Shown: positions 1 to 11,161, counted from the stretch's first letter. The stretch is DNA of 22,640 nucleotides from Octopus sinensis (GCF_006345805.1 NW_021836890.1:1-22640), one strand, 5' to 3'. Translations and numbers: made by a program. Notes: a model not told the origin generated them from the letters alone.

Positions 1-2129
1 CTCTCTCTCTCTCCTCTCTGCTTCTCTTTGCCTTTTCTATCTTCTTCCTCTTTCTCTTTTACTTTTCTCTCTTTCTTCGATGCCCTTTCTTTTTTCATTT
101 TCTCTCTTTCTTCTTCTCTCACTCTCTCACATTTTATTTTCTATCTTTCTCTCTCTATGTGTCTTAATCTTTGTTCTCTCTTTCTCTCTCTTTCCTCCCT
201 CTCTCTCTCACTCTTTTCTATCTTTCTTCCTCTCTCTCTATTTCCCACTCTCTTTTCTCTCCTATATTCCCCTCTTTCCCTCTCTGTCTCTTTATTTTTT
301 CTCTCCCTCTCCTATTCTTATATCTCACTTTCTTTTCCCCCCTTTTCCCTCTTTCTTTCTGCCCCTCTCTTTATCGCTTCTCTCATTCTTCCCCGCCCTT
401 TTACCTTTCTCTCCTGCTTTACTTTTCTCTCTTTTTCTATTCTCTCTTCTTTATCTCTCTCCTTTTCTTTTCCCTCTTTCTCTCTCTCTCTCCCTTACTC
501 GCTTCCTTTTATCTCTCTCTTTCTTTCCTCTCTTCTTCTTTCTCTCTGTTATCTCGTTTCTCTGGTAATTTAACTCTTCTCTCTTCCTCTCGCTCTCTCA
601 ATTTCCTTTTTTCTCTTCCTCCCCCTCCCTCTCTTTCTTTCTGTCTCTTTGTCATTTCCTTTTTCTCTTCTTTCCCTCTTTTACTTTTCTCCCTTTAAGG
701 GACTTACTGTTTTCTTTTCTCTCCTCTCTTGCCTTCTCCCTTTCTTTTCTCTCTTTCTCCCTCTTTCTTTTCTCTCATTCTCTTTATCCCTTTTTCGTCT
801 CTTTTATCCCTCTCTTTCTCATTTCTCTCTCTTTCAGTGTTTGTTTTTCCTCTTTTTCTTTTCTCCTCTCTCTCTCTCCTCTTTTTCTCTCTTTATTTCT
901 CTCAGTACCTTTTTCTTCTTTTATCTTCCATCTTTCTCTCTTCCTCTCCCTCTTTGTCTTTTTCTATTCTCGTCTCTCCCTCCCTCTCTGTGTTTTCTTT
1001 CTCTCTCTTTTTATTTTCTGGGATTTCCTTCTCCCTATCTCTCTTTTTCTTTTCCTTTCTTTCTCTCTCTGTTTCCTTACTCTCTCTCTCTATCATTTTC
1101 TTTTCTCTCTTTCGCTCGTTTTCTTTGTCTGTTTCTCTCTTTCTCTCCTCATTTCCTCCTTGTCTTGTCCTTTTCTCTCTTTCTTTTTCTCTTTCTCTCC
1201 CTCCCTTCGTCTTTCTCTTTCTTCTTCCTCTATTTCTTTTTCTCCTCTCTTTCTTTTCTTGCTCTCTCACTTTTTTCTCTCTTTTTCTCCCTCTCGTTTT
1301 TCTTTTTATCCTTCTTCTCCCTCTCACTCTTTTGATTTTCCGCTCTTTTTTTCTCTCTCTCTTTCTTTCTCTCTCTCTCTCGCATTTTTCTCCTTCTCTC
1401 TCCCTCTCGTTTTCTTTTTATCCTTCTTCCTCTCTCTCACTTTTTCATTTCTCTCTTTATTTCTCTCTTTCTTTTCTCGCTCTCTCACTTTTTCTCCTTC
1501 TTTCTCCTTTTCTTTTTATTTTTATCATTCTTCCTCTCTCTCACTCTTTCATTTCTATCTTTCTTCCTCTCGTTTCTTTTTCACTCATTTTCTTTTCTCC
1601 CTTTCTCGCTTTTTTCTCTATCTTTCTCCCTCTCGTTGTCTTTTTATCTTTCCAACCCTCACTCTCTTTTTCATTTCTCTCTTTTTTTTCTCTCATTTCT
1701 TTCTCTCTCTCTCGTTTTTTTCTCCTTCTCTCTCCCTCTCGTTTTCTTTTTATCCTTCTTCCTCTCTCTCACTCTTTCATTTCTCTCTTTCTCCCTCTCG
1801 TTTCTTTTTCTCTCTCTTTCTTTTCTCGCTCTCTCGCTTTTTTCTCCTTCTTTCTCCCTCTCGTTTTCTTTTTCTCCTTCATCCTCTCTCTCACTCCTTC
1901 ATTTCTCTCTTTCTTCCTCTCGTTTCTTTCTCTCTCTCTTTTTTTTCTCTCTCGTTTTCTTTTTTCAATCTCATTCTCTTTATCTTTTCTCTCTTTTTTC
2001 TCTCTCTCTTTCTCTGTTTCGTTTCTCTTTTTTTCTTCTCTATAGTTCTCTCTCAATGTTCATTTTCTTTCTTCTATTTTTCTATTCCTCTCTTCTTTTT
2101 TCTCTTTCTTTTTCTTTCTCTCTTCTACA
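1..2129. repeat. Polypyrimidine (CT-rich) low-complexity tract
   Basis: The plus strand is overwhelmingly C/T for ~2.1 kb. The overlapping F/L/S-rich (+) and R/K/E-rich (-) ORFs are compositional artefacts. Confidence 0.97.
1250..1960. repeat. Degenerate ~105-125 bp minisatellite (~6 units) inside the CT tract
   Basis: Variants of tccctctcgttttctttttatccttcttcctctctctcactctttcatttct recur at about 1288, 1403, 1505, 1627, 1733 and 1855. Confidence 0.75.
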
Positions 2130-2171
2130 TGTTTCAGTCATGAGGCTGTGACCATGCTGGGGCTCCTCCTC
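2130..2171 (-). mobile_element. 3' tail fragment of the SINE family seen at 18251-18649
   Basis: gtttcagtca...ccatgctgg matches gtttcagtcatttgattccggccatgctggagcacc at ~18261 and ~19556. Confidence 0.6.
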
Positions 2172-2315
2172 GATTTTGTCTTTTATGTGTGGTACCTTTT
2201 CTCTCTGATTAGCAGCAACCTATAGCTCTCTTTTGCTTAAGTGCTAAGTAACAGGGATGCAAATACACCAACACCGGTTATCAATTACTAGTTGGGAACA
2301 CACACTAACATGCAT

Positions 2316-2352
<37 letters not shown>

Positions 2353-2399
2353 CGTGTTAATATCACCCATAAGGATGTGTTTTATCTATTCACCAAAGT

Positions 2400-4070
2400 G
2401 AATGGAGCCTTCTGCAGGAGAAACCAATGTCGTCAGACGTTAGCGTCGTTCATCGGAAGTTTCGCCTCTGAACCGTAACACCCTACTCTTGGTGGGTCAA
2501 CAGAGGTGGCCAATTCACTGCTCCTCAACTCCTCGTGCCTTCTAGCGTTAATCTTCTCTCTTACACCAAAGCCACCAAAAGGCTCTTTCAGTTGCCTCTC
2601 CCATCATGCGTACAGCCACCCTTCCCTCCTTACCTCTCATTCAAGTTGCAGTAGAAATCCTCCATGCCGACTGGGCAAAGAATCCCCTACAGCCAACCTC
2701 CACTAGGAAAATCCATACCTGCCATCCCTTCTCCCTGCAATCCTGCTCTTATATCTGTCACACTTCCGTTCATGGGCCTCGTTACAACCCGCTCCCCACG
2801 TGACTGTTCGTTCAATTATGATAATTTTCTGGGCCTTTTCAGACCACATGAGCACACCAGGCCTCAGGGTTGTATGGACAACCTGGGGAAACTGCAATCT
2901 CTTCCCTAAGTCTACTTTCATATCCCATTGTTAAGACCCTTGCAGCAAGCTATGTATTGGTTTTGCTGGCTTTACTGGTTTCTCTCCCTCTTTCACGAAC
3001 TTAATTGCGGCAGTTATCTTCTCTTGGTGATGATGATTCTTACACTTTTACTGCTCCAAGGTGTGAGCAAGTATTTGTATCTGCCTTGAGAAAGTGTTAT
3101 TCTGCACCCTGCCAGGATGTGTGCCAGAGTGCCCCTTTCCCACAAAGTCTACACAGCTGGTCTTCCCTCAAACCCTATCTGTGCAGGTTTGTTGGCGTCG
3201 GGAGTGTGTCATACACCGCTCCATCCAGGAGGGAGATTTGCAAAGGCTCCAGCCTCCACAGGTCAGTCCATGAGAGCTTCCTCTTAGGGAGATCCCATTT
3301 AGTCCATGCACTCAGAGATACCAACTCCACAGCTCTTGATTTCCTTTAATCTTCCTCCTGGTACCACATTGCTTTCTGAGTCATAACCCGCCTCTCCCTG
3401 ATGTCTCCTTTCTTCCATTGTTGGATATAGGAAGAGCCAAGTCCCTGGTGACCCCAACATGTAGCTCCAATTATGACGCGTAGCTCCAGCATACCTTCAG
3501 CCTGAGCGACAGCGGTGCTAGTTACCCACACCTTGTGGTAATACCTGCATGTCTGACAAGCTCGTCCTTAGAGTCCCTCTACACCATTACATTACATCTT
3601 GCTACTTTAAATTCCTCCATTAAATACGAGAGGGGAAGTTGCAGCCTTCCAGACTTTATGGACAGGCCTACTGAAGTGAAGCTTGGGAAACTCCTAGCAA
3701 TCTTCGGAGGTATTTAGTTATCTTTCTCTCCACCCTTTCCACACTTGTCATTGGAGCATCATACAGCGTCAGCAACTATATGAGGCTTGGGAGCAGTCTG
3801 TGTTGGTAGAGCCATGCCCTGAACTTTCCTGGAAGCCCTGATCTATCAATCCTCATCCGCCGCTCCTCTGCTAGCTTTACAATTTTGGTGACAATGATTC
3901 ACTCTGACAGCGACTTATCAAACATCTTTTCAGGGCATTTATTAGGATTTACCTCTATTGATGGAATGCTCCTTGCACTTGGAGCCTGATTTTGTTGGTT
4001 ACCTTACTGCCCTCCCTGATTACCATGCTCATCGAAATACTTAGGAAGATGGTTCAATTCATGCATAAGC
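2400..4070 (-). mobile_element. 5'-truncated, decayed non-LTR retrotransposon with restriction-like endonuclease (Hero-clade-like); C-terminal ORF plus 3' UTR
   Basis: Minus-strand translation across stops and frameshifts gives these segments in order: IDRSGLPGKFRAWLYQHRLLP (~3790-3850); GRLQLPLSYLMEEFKVA; AVAQAEGMLE...GHQGLGS; AWTKWDLPKRKLSWTDLWRLEP; VYDTLPTPTNLH; a CCHC knuckle CRLCGK/GTLAHILAGC (~3100-3160); an RLE region VDLGKRLQFP...TLRPGVLMWSEKAQKIIIIERTVTW...AHERK; and the terminal ATERAFWWLWCKR. This matches the order and wording of Hero-type ORFs as I recall them. Confidence 0.9.
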
Positions 4071-5199
4071 TCAATGAAGAGAAACAAAACCACTTTATGT
4101 TTGTCACTGAATCTCATGCAAAGTAATTATTTGAGACTAGATATCTGTGGGAACTTCTGGATGACAGCAACTTCTGTTGAATATCTTCAAAATGTGAAAA
4201 AGTGGATACAAATGAAAGGAAACGATAGGGGAATAAAAACATAAATAAGGCAGTGCTACATTTTAAATTAAGTGCTTCGTTAGTACTTCGTAGCCATACA
4301 AGATGTTAAAGGGTGTGAGTTGTTCATACACAACTGTATTACATCTGTTTAGACAACAATATCAACATCATCTGGAGGAAAACACCTACCATCACAAAGT
4401 GGCAGACATACACCCACCATTGAATTACAGGTATGATGGTCATCAAGAAAATAAAGGATGCTTCTTTCTGCATTTCACCATCTGTCAGCTCTCTTCACTC
4501 CTAATTTAAAACCAAGATTTCTGGTCTCCTACCAACAGAATCTCTATAAATTTAACAGAATCATCCTACCAACTGCTTCCTAACCATGATGGTTCTGTAC
4601 CAGTGATTCTCAAACTTTTTAAATGTGGTTTCTTTTCATTTACCAAGGATTTCTCAATGTCCCTCACCTTGCTACGACTCTATATAACACATTTTTAATC
4701 TCGTTTCAATTAATACCAGATCAGATTAATTTCCCTCTCGATCCTAGTCTTGACATGGGTGACTACTTACCACAGAACCTTCACCAGAATAAGTGAATAC
4801 TTGATGCTTCACCACTTAGTTTTCTTTACTGATCCAACCGTTGATACATAGCTTCAGTTAAACGCGGGTACACATTCTTTGTGTTTCATATATACATAAC
4901 CTCATATAATATTTTCCCACAGCGCCCCGACACATGGGTAGTACTGACCTCACTGGGAAATCCTGCTCAATATTCCTGCAGACAATATCTTATCGAGTGA
5001 CTACCATCCAGTCATTCTAACTTCCAATGTTTCAATTATGAAGTAAAAGTCACAAACAACCATCATATTTGTCCCTTTAGGTATCTTTCATTATTCAATG
5101 AACACCAGTACAATTTTATAAAGCCAGATCAAGAGGGGCTTGGTACCTGTGTGACACAACAGTGTTTTCATATGTTTGACAAAATCTGCATAAAATGGT

Positions 5200-5388
5200 G
5201 TAACCCTTGACATCAGTAAAACCTTCGACTGCGTATGGCAAGAGGACATCTTTAAAAGTCACCATTCATCTACGGACTCCATCTGTTTCTCATCTCATCT
5301 GAAAATTTCATATCAGAATACTCCCTTGCAGTGTTTGATGATGGGTTTCTCTCTCATTCACATTCCATCTACTTTGCCATGCTCAAAA
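5200..5388 (+). mobile_element. Degenerate reverse-transcriptase fragment of a CR1/Jockey-like LINE
   Basis: VTLDISKTFDCVWQ resembles the ALDISKAFDRVWH motif. After a frameshift comes YGLH...FISEYSLAVFDDGFLSHSHSI, resembling the YG..PSL..WISSFLS.RSI.V.VDG..S...I segment. Confidence 0.75.
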
Positions 5389-5411
5389 TTTGGTCCAGAA
5401 TAATATTATTT

Positions 5412-5620
5412 TCTTCTTAAGGCACAAGGCCTGACATTTTGGGGGAGGGGGCAGTGAATTAGACCGACCGCAGTAGGCAACTAGTACTTAATATTTCGAC
5501 CTAGAAAGGAGGACAAGAAAACTCGACCTCGGCGGAATTTGATCTGAGAACGTAAACACAGACGAAATACTGCTAAACATTTCACCTGGCGTGGTAACGC
5601 TTCTGCCAACTCGCTGCCTT
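5412..5620 (-). mobile_element. tRNA-derived SINE (second family; aaggcagcgagttggcagaa head), diverged
   Basis: Minus strand reads aaggcagcgagttggcagaagcgttacc (A-box-like), then gatcaaattccgccgaggtcgag (B-box-like), then tcctcctttctaggtcga...taagtactag and ccctcccccaaaatgtcaggccttgtgcc. Confidence 0.8.
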
Positions 5621-5785
5621 GGTCAAGAATTTTATTATAACATTAATGGCAATTGGAGGAAAGAGAAGAAGAAAGAAATGAAATATTATGGAGAAATATA
5701 TGCAGTTAGTTTGAAGTTTTCAAATTGTGTATAAAATAATAAAGAAATAGGCAAATTTGAGAAAGCAATAAACAGAACAACTTAC

Positions 5786-5863
5786 TTCGCCTGGCTTCTC
5801 CTCAATTAAGATTTTCAATCCTTCCACATCATTAATTCTAATTTTATTAAAGATTGAGTCCAT
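5786..5863 (-). CDS. Probable first or early coding exon of an unidentified host gene (exon 5786-5868): MDSIFNKIRINDVEGLKILIEEKPGE; resembles the start of an ankyrin-repeat-like helix pair
   Basis: Polypyrimidine acceptor ttttttgtcatcttttattcag|, Kozak-like gacATGG, 26 open codons and a consensus donor GAA|gtaagt. The ankyrin likeness (F..I..NDVE.LK.LI) is an impression only. I could not locate the next exon. Confidence 0.55.
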
Positions 5864-6437
5864 GTCTTCTGAATAAAAGATGACAAAAAAGAGTAAAACA
5901 GTTTTTAAAAACTTATAAAATGAGGTAAACAACAATAAACAGAAGTTGATGGTTCTAAAGTATTGCATAAGATAACATTGATATTGTAAATTCAGTTATC
6001 TAAAGTATTATTCATAGCTGAATGTTCTTCTTGACACTAATAAACCTAACAACAGTCATTGTGTTGTGTCTCTAGGTTAGATTACAGATAGACTGGTTAC
6101 TATTAAACCCTCAATATTGGAATGTACAGTCAGTTAATCAGCTACGTAGAGGCAGCGTACATTTTGAGCTATAAATCTGTGGATCATACCCCAGCTACGG
6201 TGGAGGGCACTTTATATCAAAGACAAACTGATTCTTCAAAGAAAGGTAAATTTACGAAAAATAGTAAAAGAATCAATGAAACTGAGCTTGTTCAATAAAA
6301 CCTCCTGTATTGATCTTTGTCGAAACACTAGCAAAGTAGATGAGATCAAATCAGACACTATTAACAAGTGCTTATTTAATAGATTTTTGAAAATATCTTT
6401 ATGACTATTTCATAATTATTTAATAAATTTCCATTTT

Positions 6438-6460
6438 TATATATATATATATATATATAT

Positions 6461-6533
<73 letters not shown>

Positions 6534-6545
6534 TATTATATATAC
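6438..6545. repeat. (TA)n microsatellite; representative of many TA/CA/TAGA tracts (also ~2312-2352, 6884-6927, 7125-7190, 7430-7755, 8525-8655, 10520-10705, 10940-11160, 11935-12135, 13225-13280, 13580-13680, 14700-14826, 15830-16170, 20845-20950, 22315-22420)
   Basis: Simple repeats visible directly in the sequence. Confidence 0.98.
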
Positions 6546-6557
6546 ATATCTCATTGC

Positions 6558-6700
6558 CATCATCATTTAACGTCCACTTTTCCTCCATTCATGAGTAAGA
6601 TGGATGACAGGAGCCGGCCAGGTAGAAAAAACTACCTGGGCTATTGTCTATTTAGGAAAGGGATTTTACAGTTTGATGCTCTTCCAAACATCAACCACCA
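6558..6700 (-). mobile_element. Highly diverged RTE-type 3' tail fragment
   Basis: catcatcatttaacgtccac...tttgatgctcttccaaacatcaaccac parallels catcatcatcgtttagcgtccgc...taaatgcccttcctaaccccaaccac at 14835-14977. Confidence 0.6.
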
Positions 6701-6812
6701 GTTTTGTCCCACTGTATGACACCTTGGGCAAGTACCTTCTTCTAAATCCCATGATTGATCAAGGCTTCTGAGTGGATTTGAGATAATCTGAGAGAAGCCT
6801 ATTGTACACCAC
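6701..6812 (+). mobile_element. Diverged fragment of the tRNA-SINE family (gtcccactg...caccttgggcaagt)
   Basis: gtcccactgtatgacaccttgggcaagt and aaggcttctgagtggattt match the SINE body at 12940-13015. Confidence 0.65.
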
Positions 6813-6882
6813 TGGACAAAATCTGAGGACCAGTGAAAAACTGCCAAAATGAAGTGTCTGTGTGTTTGTGTGAGTGTACGTA

Positions 6883-6934
<52 letters not shown>

Positions 6935-7123
6935 CCTGCTTGGGTGTGTGTGTGTATGTTTCCATTTGCTTTTACTGAAAATTGCTCAGCTATGAACGAT
7001 TAGATTATCATTTTCCCTGTTAATAGACAAACCATTGGAATAAGTGATCCCTTGAACAACAGGTAAGGGTTAATAACATGAAGGGGATCCATATGCAAAA
7101 AGAATATGTGTGTCTGTATGTGT

Positions 7124-7177
<54 letters not shown>

Positions 7178-7485
7178 TATATATATATATGTATGTATTC
7201 TGTCAGCTAGCCAAATTAATTATGATGATGACTAATTATAACAAATACAGGATTCTGTTTCAGCACAAACATTGTAATTATCTCTCTAATTACTTCCAAA
7301 CAGAAATTATCTCTTTAATTACTAACCAAACAGAAATAGAAATAGCAGCTTGACAATCCCGTATATGCATAATGCATAAAATTTTATGCATGTGTATATA
7401 TCATTCTATATATTGATATTTCAAATGCATATATATATACATGTAATTATATATATATATGTATGTACATATTATATATATAGTA

Positions 7486-7579
<94 letters not shown>

Positions 7580-7692
7580 TTTATTATACTAATATATACA
7601 TATTAGAGAGATTGATTGATAGATAGATAGACAGATAGATAGATAGATAGAAAGATAGATAGACGGTAGATAGATAGAGAGAGAGAGAGAGG

Positions 7693-7756
<64 letters not shown>

Positions 7757-8580
7757 CATGCGTTAGTGTGTGCTAAAATATTGGTTCGTTTCTTGTTAAA
7801 TAAATAACATTGTATTTCTGTGATACAAAATTTGTCCACCCATCCTTTGCTTAACACCCACTTGAGTTTACAAGCAAACATATCATGTGTGTGTGTGTGT
7901 GTTTGTGTTTGTGTGCGTGTGTGTGTGTCTGTGTGTGATGGCATCCGTTTGATAGCAGATCGTGGAATGTTAAAGTTCCCATTTTGTTTTTCCCTCTTAA
8001 GTGCTGACACTCCAAATTTGACCAACTGGTGGATGCTGATAACTATTCCATCGACAAGTTCTGGCCATCTGAAGTGTTTTGTTTTTCTAAACAATTGTTT
8101 TCAAGTATTTTTATATTTTTCAGTATAAAACTGAATACATCAACCCCACCCCCGTCACTAACATTATAGTTGTCATCACTATCATCAACATCATCGTGTC
8201 ATTACATGAATTATTAATTAATATTAATATTGTCCGTTCATTAAAAAATTTCCAGTATTATGCAAATTTTAGGCTAGTTAATATATATTTCAATTGTTAA
8301 AAGGCAAATTTACAGCAGTTACAGCGTGTTGAGAATTCTCTCTTCACATAAAAGTATATAAAAACGCCATTTCTGTCCAGTGCCAGGATCACAGACGTTG
8401 ATGTTTCTAGCACTTTCGCCGTTGAGATGGCGGCGCTAGATACTTGTTGTCTTTATACCTTTTCACCTTGTCGTTGAGCAGTGGAAATATATGAGAAACA
8501 TATTTCAACTAACCTAGATACAAAGTATGTATATATATATATATGTGTGTGTGTGTGCGTGTGTATGTAATATATATGTG

Positions 8581-8617
<37 letters not shown>

Positions 8618-8660
8618 TGTGTGTGTGTGTGTGTGTATGTATATGTATATATATACATTT

Positions 8661-8835
8661 TCGTGCCAGCGAAAGTACCACTGAAGCTATATTCCTGGTA
8701 AGGCAGCTGCAGGAGAAACACCTACAAAAGATAAGCCCCTGTACCTGGCCTTTGTTGACATGGAGAAAGCTTTCGACAGGGTCCCCCGATCCCTTATCTG
8801 GTGGTCAATTAGGACACTAAGGATAGCAGAATAGT
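8661..8835 (+). mobile_element. RTE-clade LINE reverse-transcriptase fragment (copy A, frameshifted)
   Basis: ESTTEAIFLVRQLQEKH/KPLYLAFVDMEKAFDRVPRSLIWWS, a typical RTE RT motif. Confidence 0.9.
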
Positions 8836-8923
8836 TAGTCGTGACTTGTCGATCCTTACTTTGTGTTTTTGTGTTTCATTTACTTTGCTAGGTAGTCGTT
8901 GTAGGATCCACTTGTCCCGACTA
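8836..8923. mobile_element. 88-bp MITE-like element with 21-bp terminal inverted repeats (copy A)
   Basis: Left arm tagtcgtgacttgtcgatcct, right arm aggatccacttgtcccgacta. The A+B consensus is a perfect 21-bp inverted repeat with TA at both ends. Confidence 0.55.
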
Positions 8924-9294
8924 GCTCGCGCAGATGCGCGAGTAAACGAGTGCGCGCACCAGGACCACTCTTCTTAAATAAATGGTATCCAGTTTTCACA
9001 GCGGAGAAATCCACTCTTGTTAAAACATATACACAAAACCCTACCATTTCAGGCTGACTTAACAGAGACCCTACTCTGTATTACCTCCATCTCTGTCCCC
9101 CACAAAGCGGCCACGCCCTTGTAAGTTTCATAATGAATACCAAAAACAGGAATTTCCTGATCTCATAATTGGATCACGCATATTTACGATAATTAATATC
9201 GTATCATTAATTTATAGACACACAGACAGAGTTTAAGATGGAAGGATGTTCATTCAAGCGTTAAATGGCCCCAAATGAAATTAAAATGCCTTAC

Positions 9295-9420
9295 CTCAGT
9301 TTAGTCTTAAACGGTAGCAACGTATCCGGGGTCCCAATAAATTTCAAATTTTCTGTTGCCGGATTTAAGTTCGATGGCAAGTAAGCGGAGATAACTCTCG
9401 AAATATAGGCGGGGTTGGGG
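9295..9420 (-). other. Candidate non-coding (5' UTR-type) exon ending at a strong donor; paralogue ends at 12766
   Basis: Minus-strand ...actaaactgag|gtaagg donor conserved in both copies. The surroundings are locally CpG-rich with a GC/KLF-like box ggccacgccc (~9109). The 5' boundary is unknown. Confidence 0.3.
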
Positions 9421-9423
9421 TAT

Positions 9424-9570
9424 GTGTTAAGTAGCTTGCGTATGAAGCACATGGTTCCGGGTTCAGTCCCACTGCGTAGCATCTTGGGCGAGTGACTACT
9501 ACTATAGCCTCGGCCGACCAAAGCCTTGTGAGTGGATCTGGTAGACGGAAAGTGAAGAAAGCCCCGTCGT
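9424..9570 (+). mobile_element. tRNA-derived SINE, 5' half (copy A)
   Basis: B-box ggttcagtccc, then actgcgtagcatcttgggcgagtg...gccttgtgagtggatctggtagacggaa. Confidence 0.9.
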
Positions 9571-9584
9571 AAATATGTGTATGT

Positions 9585-9697
9585 TTGGCCGGAGGCTATA
9601 GTAGAAATCACTTGCCCAAGCTGCCACACAGTGGGACTGATCTCGGAACCAGGTGGTTGGTAAGAAAGCTACTTACAGCTCAGCCACTCCTACGCCT
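9585..9697 (-). mobile_element. tRNA-derived SINE head, inverted relative to 9424-9570 (copy A)
   Basis: Minus strand reads aggcgtaggagtggctgagctgtaag...ggttccgagatcagtcccactgtgtggcagcttgggcaagtg. Confidence 0.9.
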
Positions 9698-10562
9698 ACA
9701 GTCTCAAAGACTGAAAATTATTAGAGTTGTAATTGGCATTAATGTGACTCTTTGTATACTGGGTTCAAACCTTGCTAAGGTCAATTTTTATTTTTATTAT
9801 GTAAGTGTTGGTAAAAAAAATTACCAGTCTGAAGTGGTGGACATCTGGAATTAGATATTGGACGCGATGCCTTGCAGTATTTAATGTAGTCCTATATTTT
9901 ATGAGTTGAAATCCCTATATTAAAGTAGACCTATATTTTGTGAGTTGAAATTCGTGAATGGTAAAATTCTCGCTGACTAAGCTTTGAAAAGAAGACGTTA
10001 TCAAAAAACAATTTTTTGAATTTCACTCAAGATTTAGAAATCCAGTGTTAACTACCTAATATTTTGTATCATTTGATGAACATTTCCAGTTTTTTAATTA
10101 CCATCAAAGAGATTTTACAAAGATATGACCGAATTATATTTTATATTATATTCTGGAAATGAAGTGTTTCTTTACTTATAAAATAACACCAGAAAATGTT
10201 TAAAATGGTGTGTGTGAAAAGAAAACAAATTTATATGAAACAGTATAGTTACGTTTGAAGTAGTTGTAATGAATATTTAACGATGTAAATGTGTTAGTAA
10301 GTTGTGTGTTAAACAAATATATATGAAAAGAAAATTATTTACCAAATTCGAATATTATGTTCAGATTCGGGTTGAAGTCCTTTTATCTGAGAAAAATTCA
10401 GCGTCCGCTTTGTTCAAACGACGATGAAAATGTGACACTACCAACAGTTAAAAGGAAACTTCTAATGAGACAGGATGTAGTAGGCACGACCTCCTCATGT
10501 ATATGTGTGTCTGTATGTGTCTATATAAAACACACACCACATATATATATATATGTAAATAA

Positions 10563-10606
<44 letters not shown>

Positions 10607-10637
10607 CATACACACACACACACACACCACACACACA

Positions 10638-10709
<72 letters not shown>

Positions 10710-10960
10710 TCTGTCAGCCCGCCACCTTAATTATGATGATGACTAATTATGGCAAATACAGGATTCTGTTTCAGCGCACAACATTGTAATTATCTCTTTA
10801 ATTACTTCCAAACAGAAATTATCTCTTTAATTACTAACCAAACAGAAATAGAAATAGCAGCTTGACAATCCCGTATATGCATAATGCATATAAAATTTTA
10901 TGCATGTGTATATATCATTCTATATATTGATATTTCAAAATGCATATATATATACATGTA

Positions 10961-10992
<32 letters not shown>

Positions 10993-11074
10993 CATATATA
11001 TATATATATGTACATATATATACATGTATATATATATATATATATATACATACATACATATATAGAGAGAGATT

Positions 11075-11161
<87 letters not shown>

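Larger units (their letters stand above)
7104..9722. repeat. Local segmental duplication, copy A (~2.6 kb)
   Basis: Colinear with 10501-13193 from atatgtgtgtctgtatgtgtctata to gtctcaaagactgaaaattatt. Both copies carry the same microsatellite slots, RT fragment, TIR element and SINE pair. Confidence 0.95.

Noticed and set aside
28-2151. Long ORFs (up to 438 aa) rich in F/L/S or R/K/E
   Set aside because: Stop codons are rare in near-pure CT sequence. The ORFs overlap in all frames and have no domain content.
2425-2490. Hammerhead-like boxes (GAAAC ... CTGACGA, minus strand) in the Hero 3' UTR
   Set aside because: Stem II cannot form (C opposite C), there is no NUH in the right register, and stem III does not pair. 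It is probably an ordinary 3' UTR structure.
4090-4190. Next coding exon after 5786 (acceptor ttttcacattttgaag|)
   Set aside because: The in-phase reading stops after 15 codons with no ankyrin-like or other motif, so it cannot be supported.
4353-4430. 78-nt plus-strand exon (tttag| ... cag|gtatga)
   Set aside because: There is no recognisable peptide, the polypyrimidine tract is weak, and no other supported plus-strand exon accompanies it.
4601-4968. hAT/Charlie-like MITE (cagtgattctcaaactt ... tgggaaatcctg)
   Set aside because: The right TIR is too degenerate and there is no 8-bp TSD.
6820-6850. CTGAGGA...GAAA on + (similar isolated CTGANGA at ~13023 and on - at ~15793)
   Set aside because: There are no supporting stems, so these are chance matches within repeats.
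8905-8945. Helitron 3' end (GC hairpin followed by CTAG|T on the minus strand)
   Set aside because: The CTAG belongs to a 21-bp inverted repeat with a partner 65 bp away, and no 5' TC end or Rep/helicase remnant is visible. It is kept only as an alternative in the TIR-element finding.
9291-9629. 112-aa minus-strand ORF and its paralogue at 12762-13100
   Set aside because: Two-thirds of it is antisense SINE. The few synonymous-looking changes in the unique part are too few to show coding constraint.
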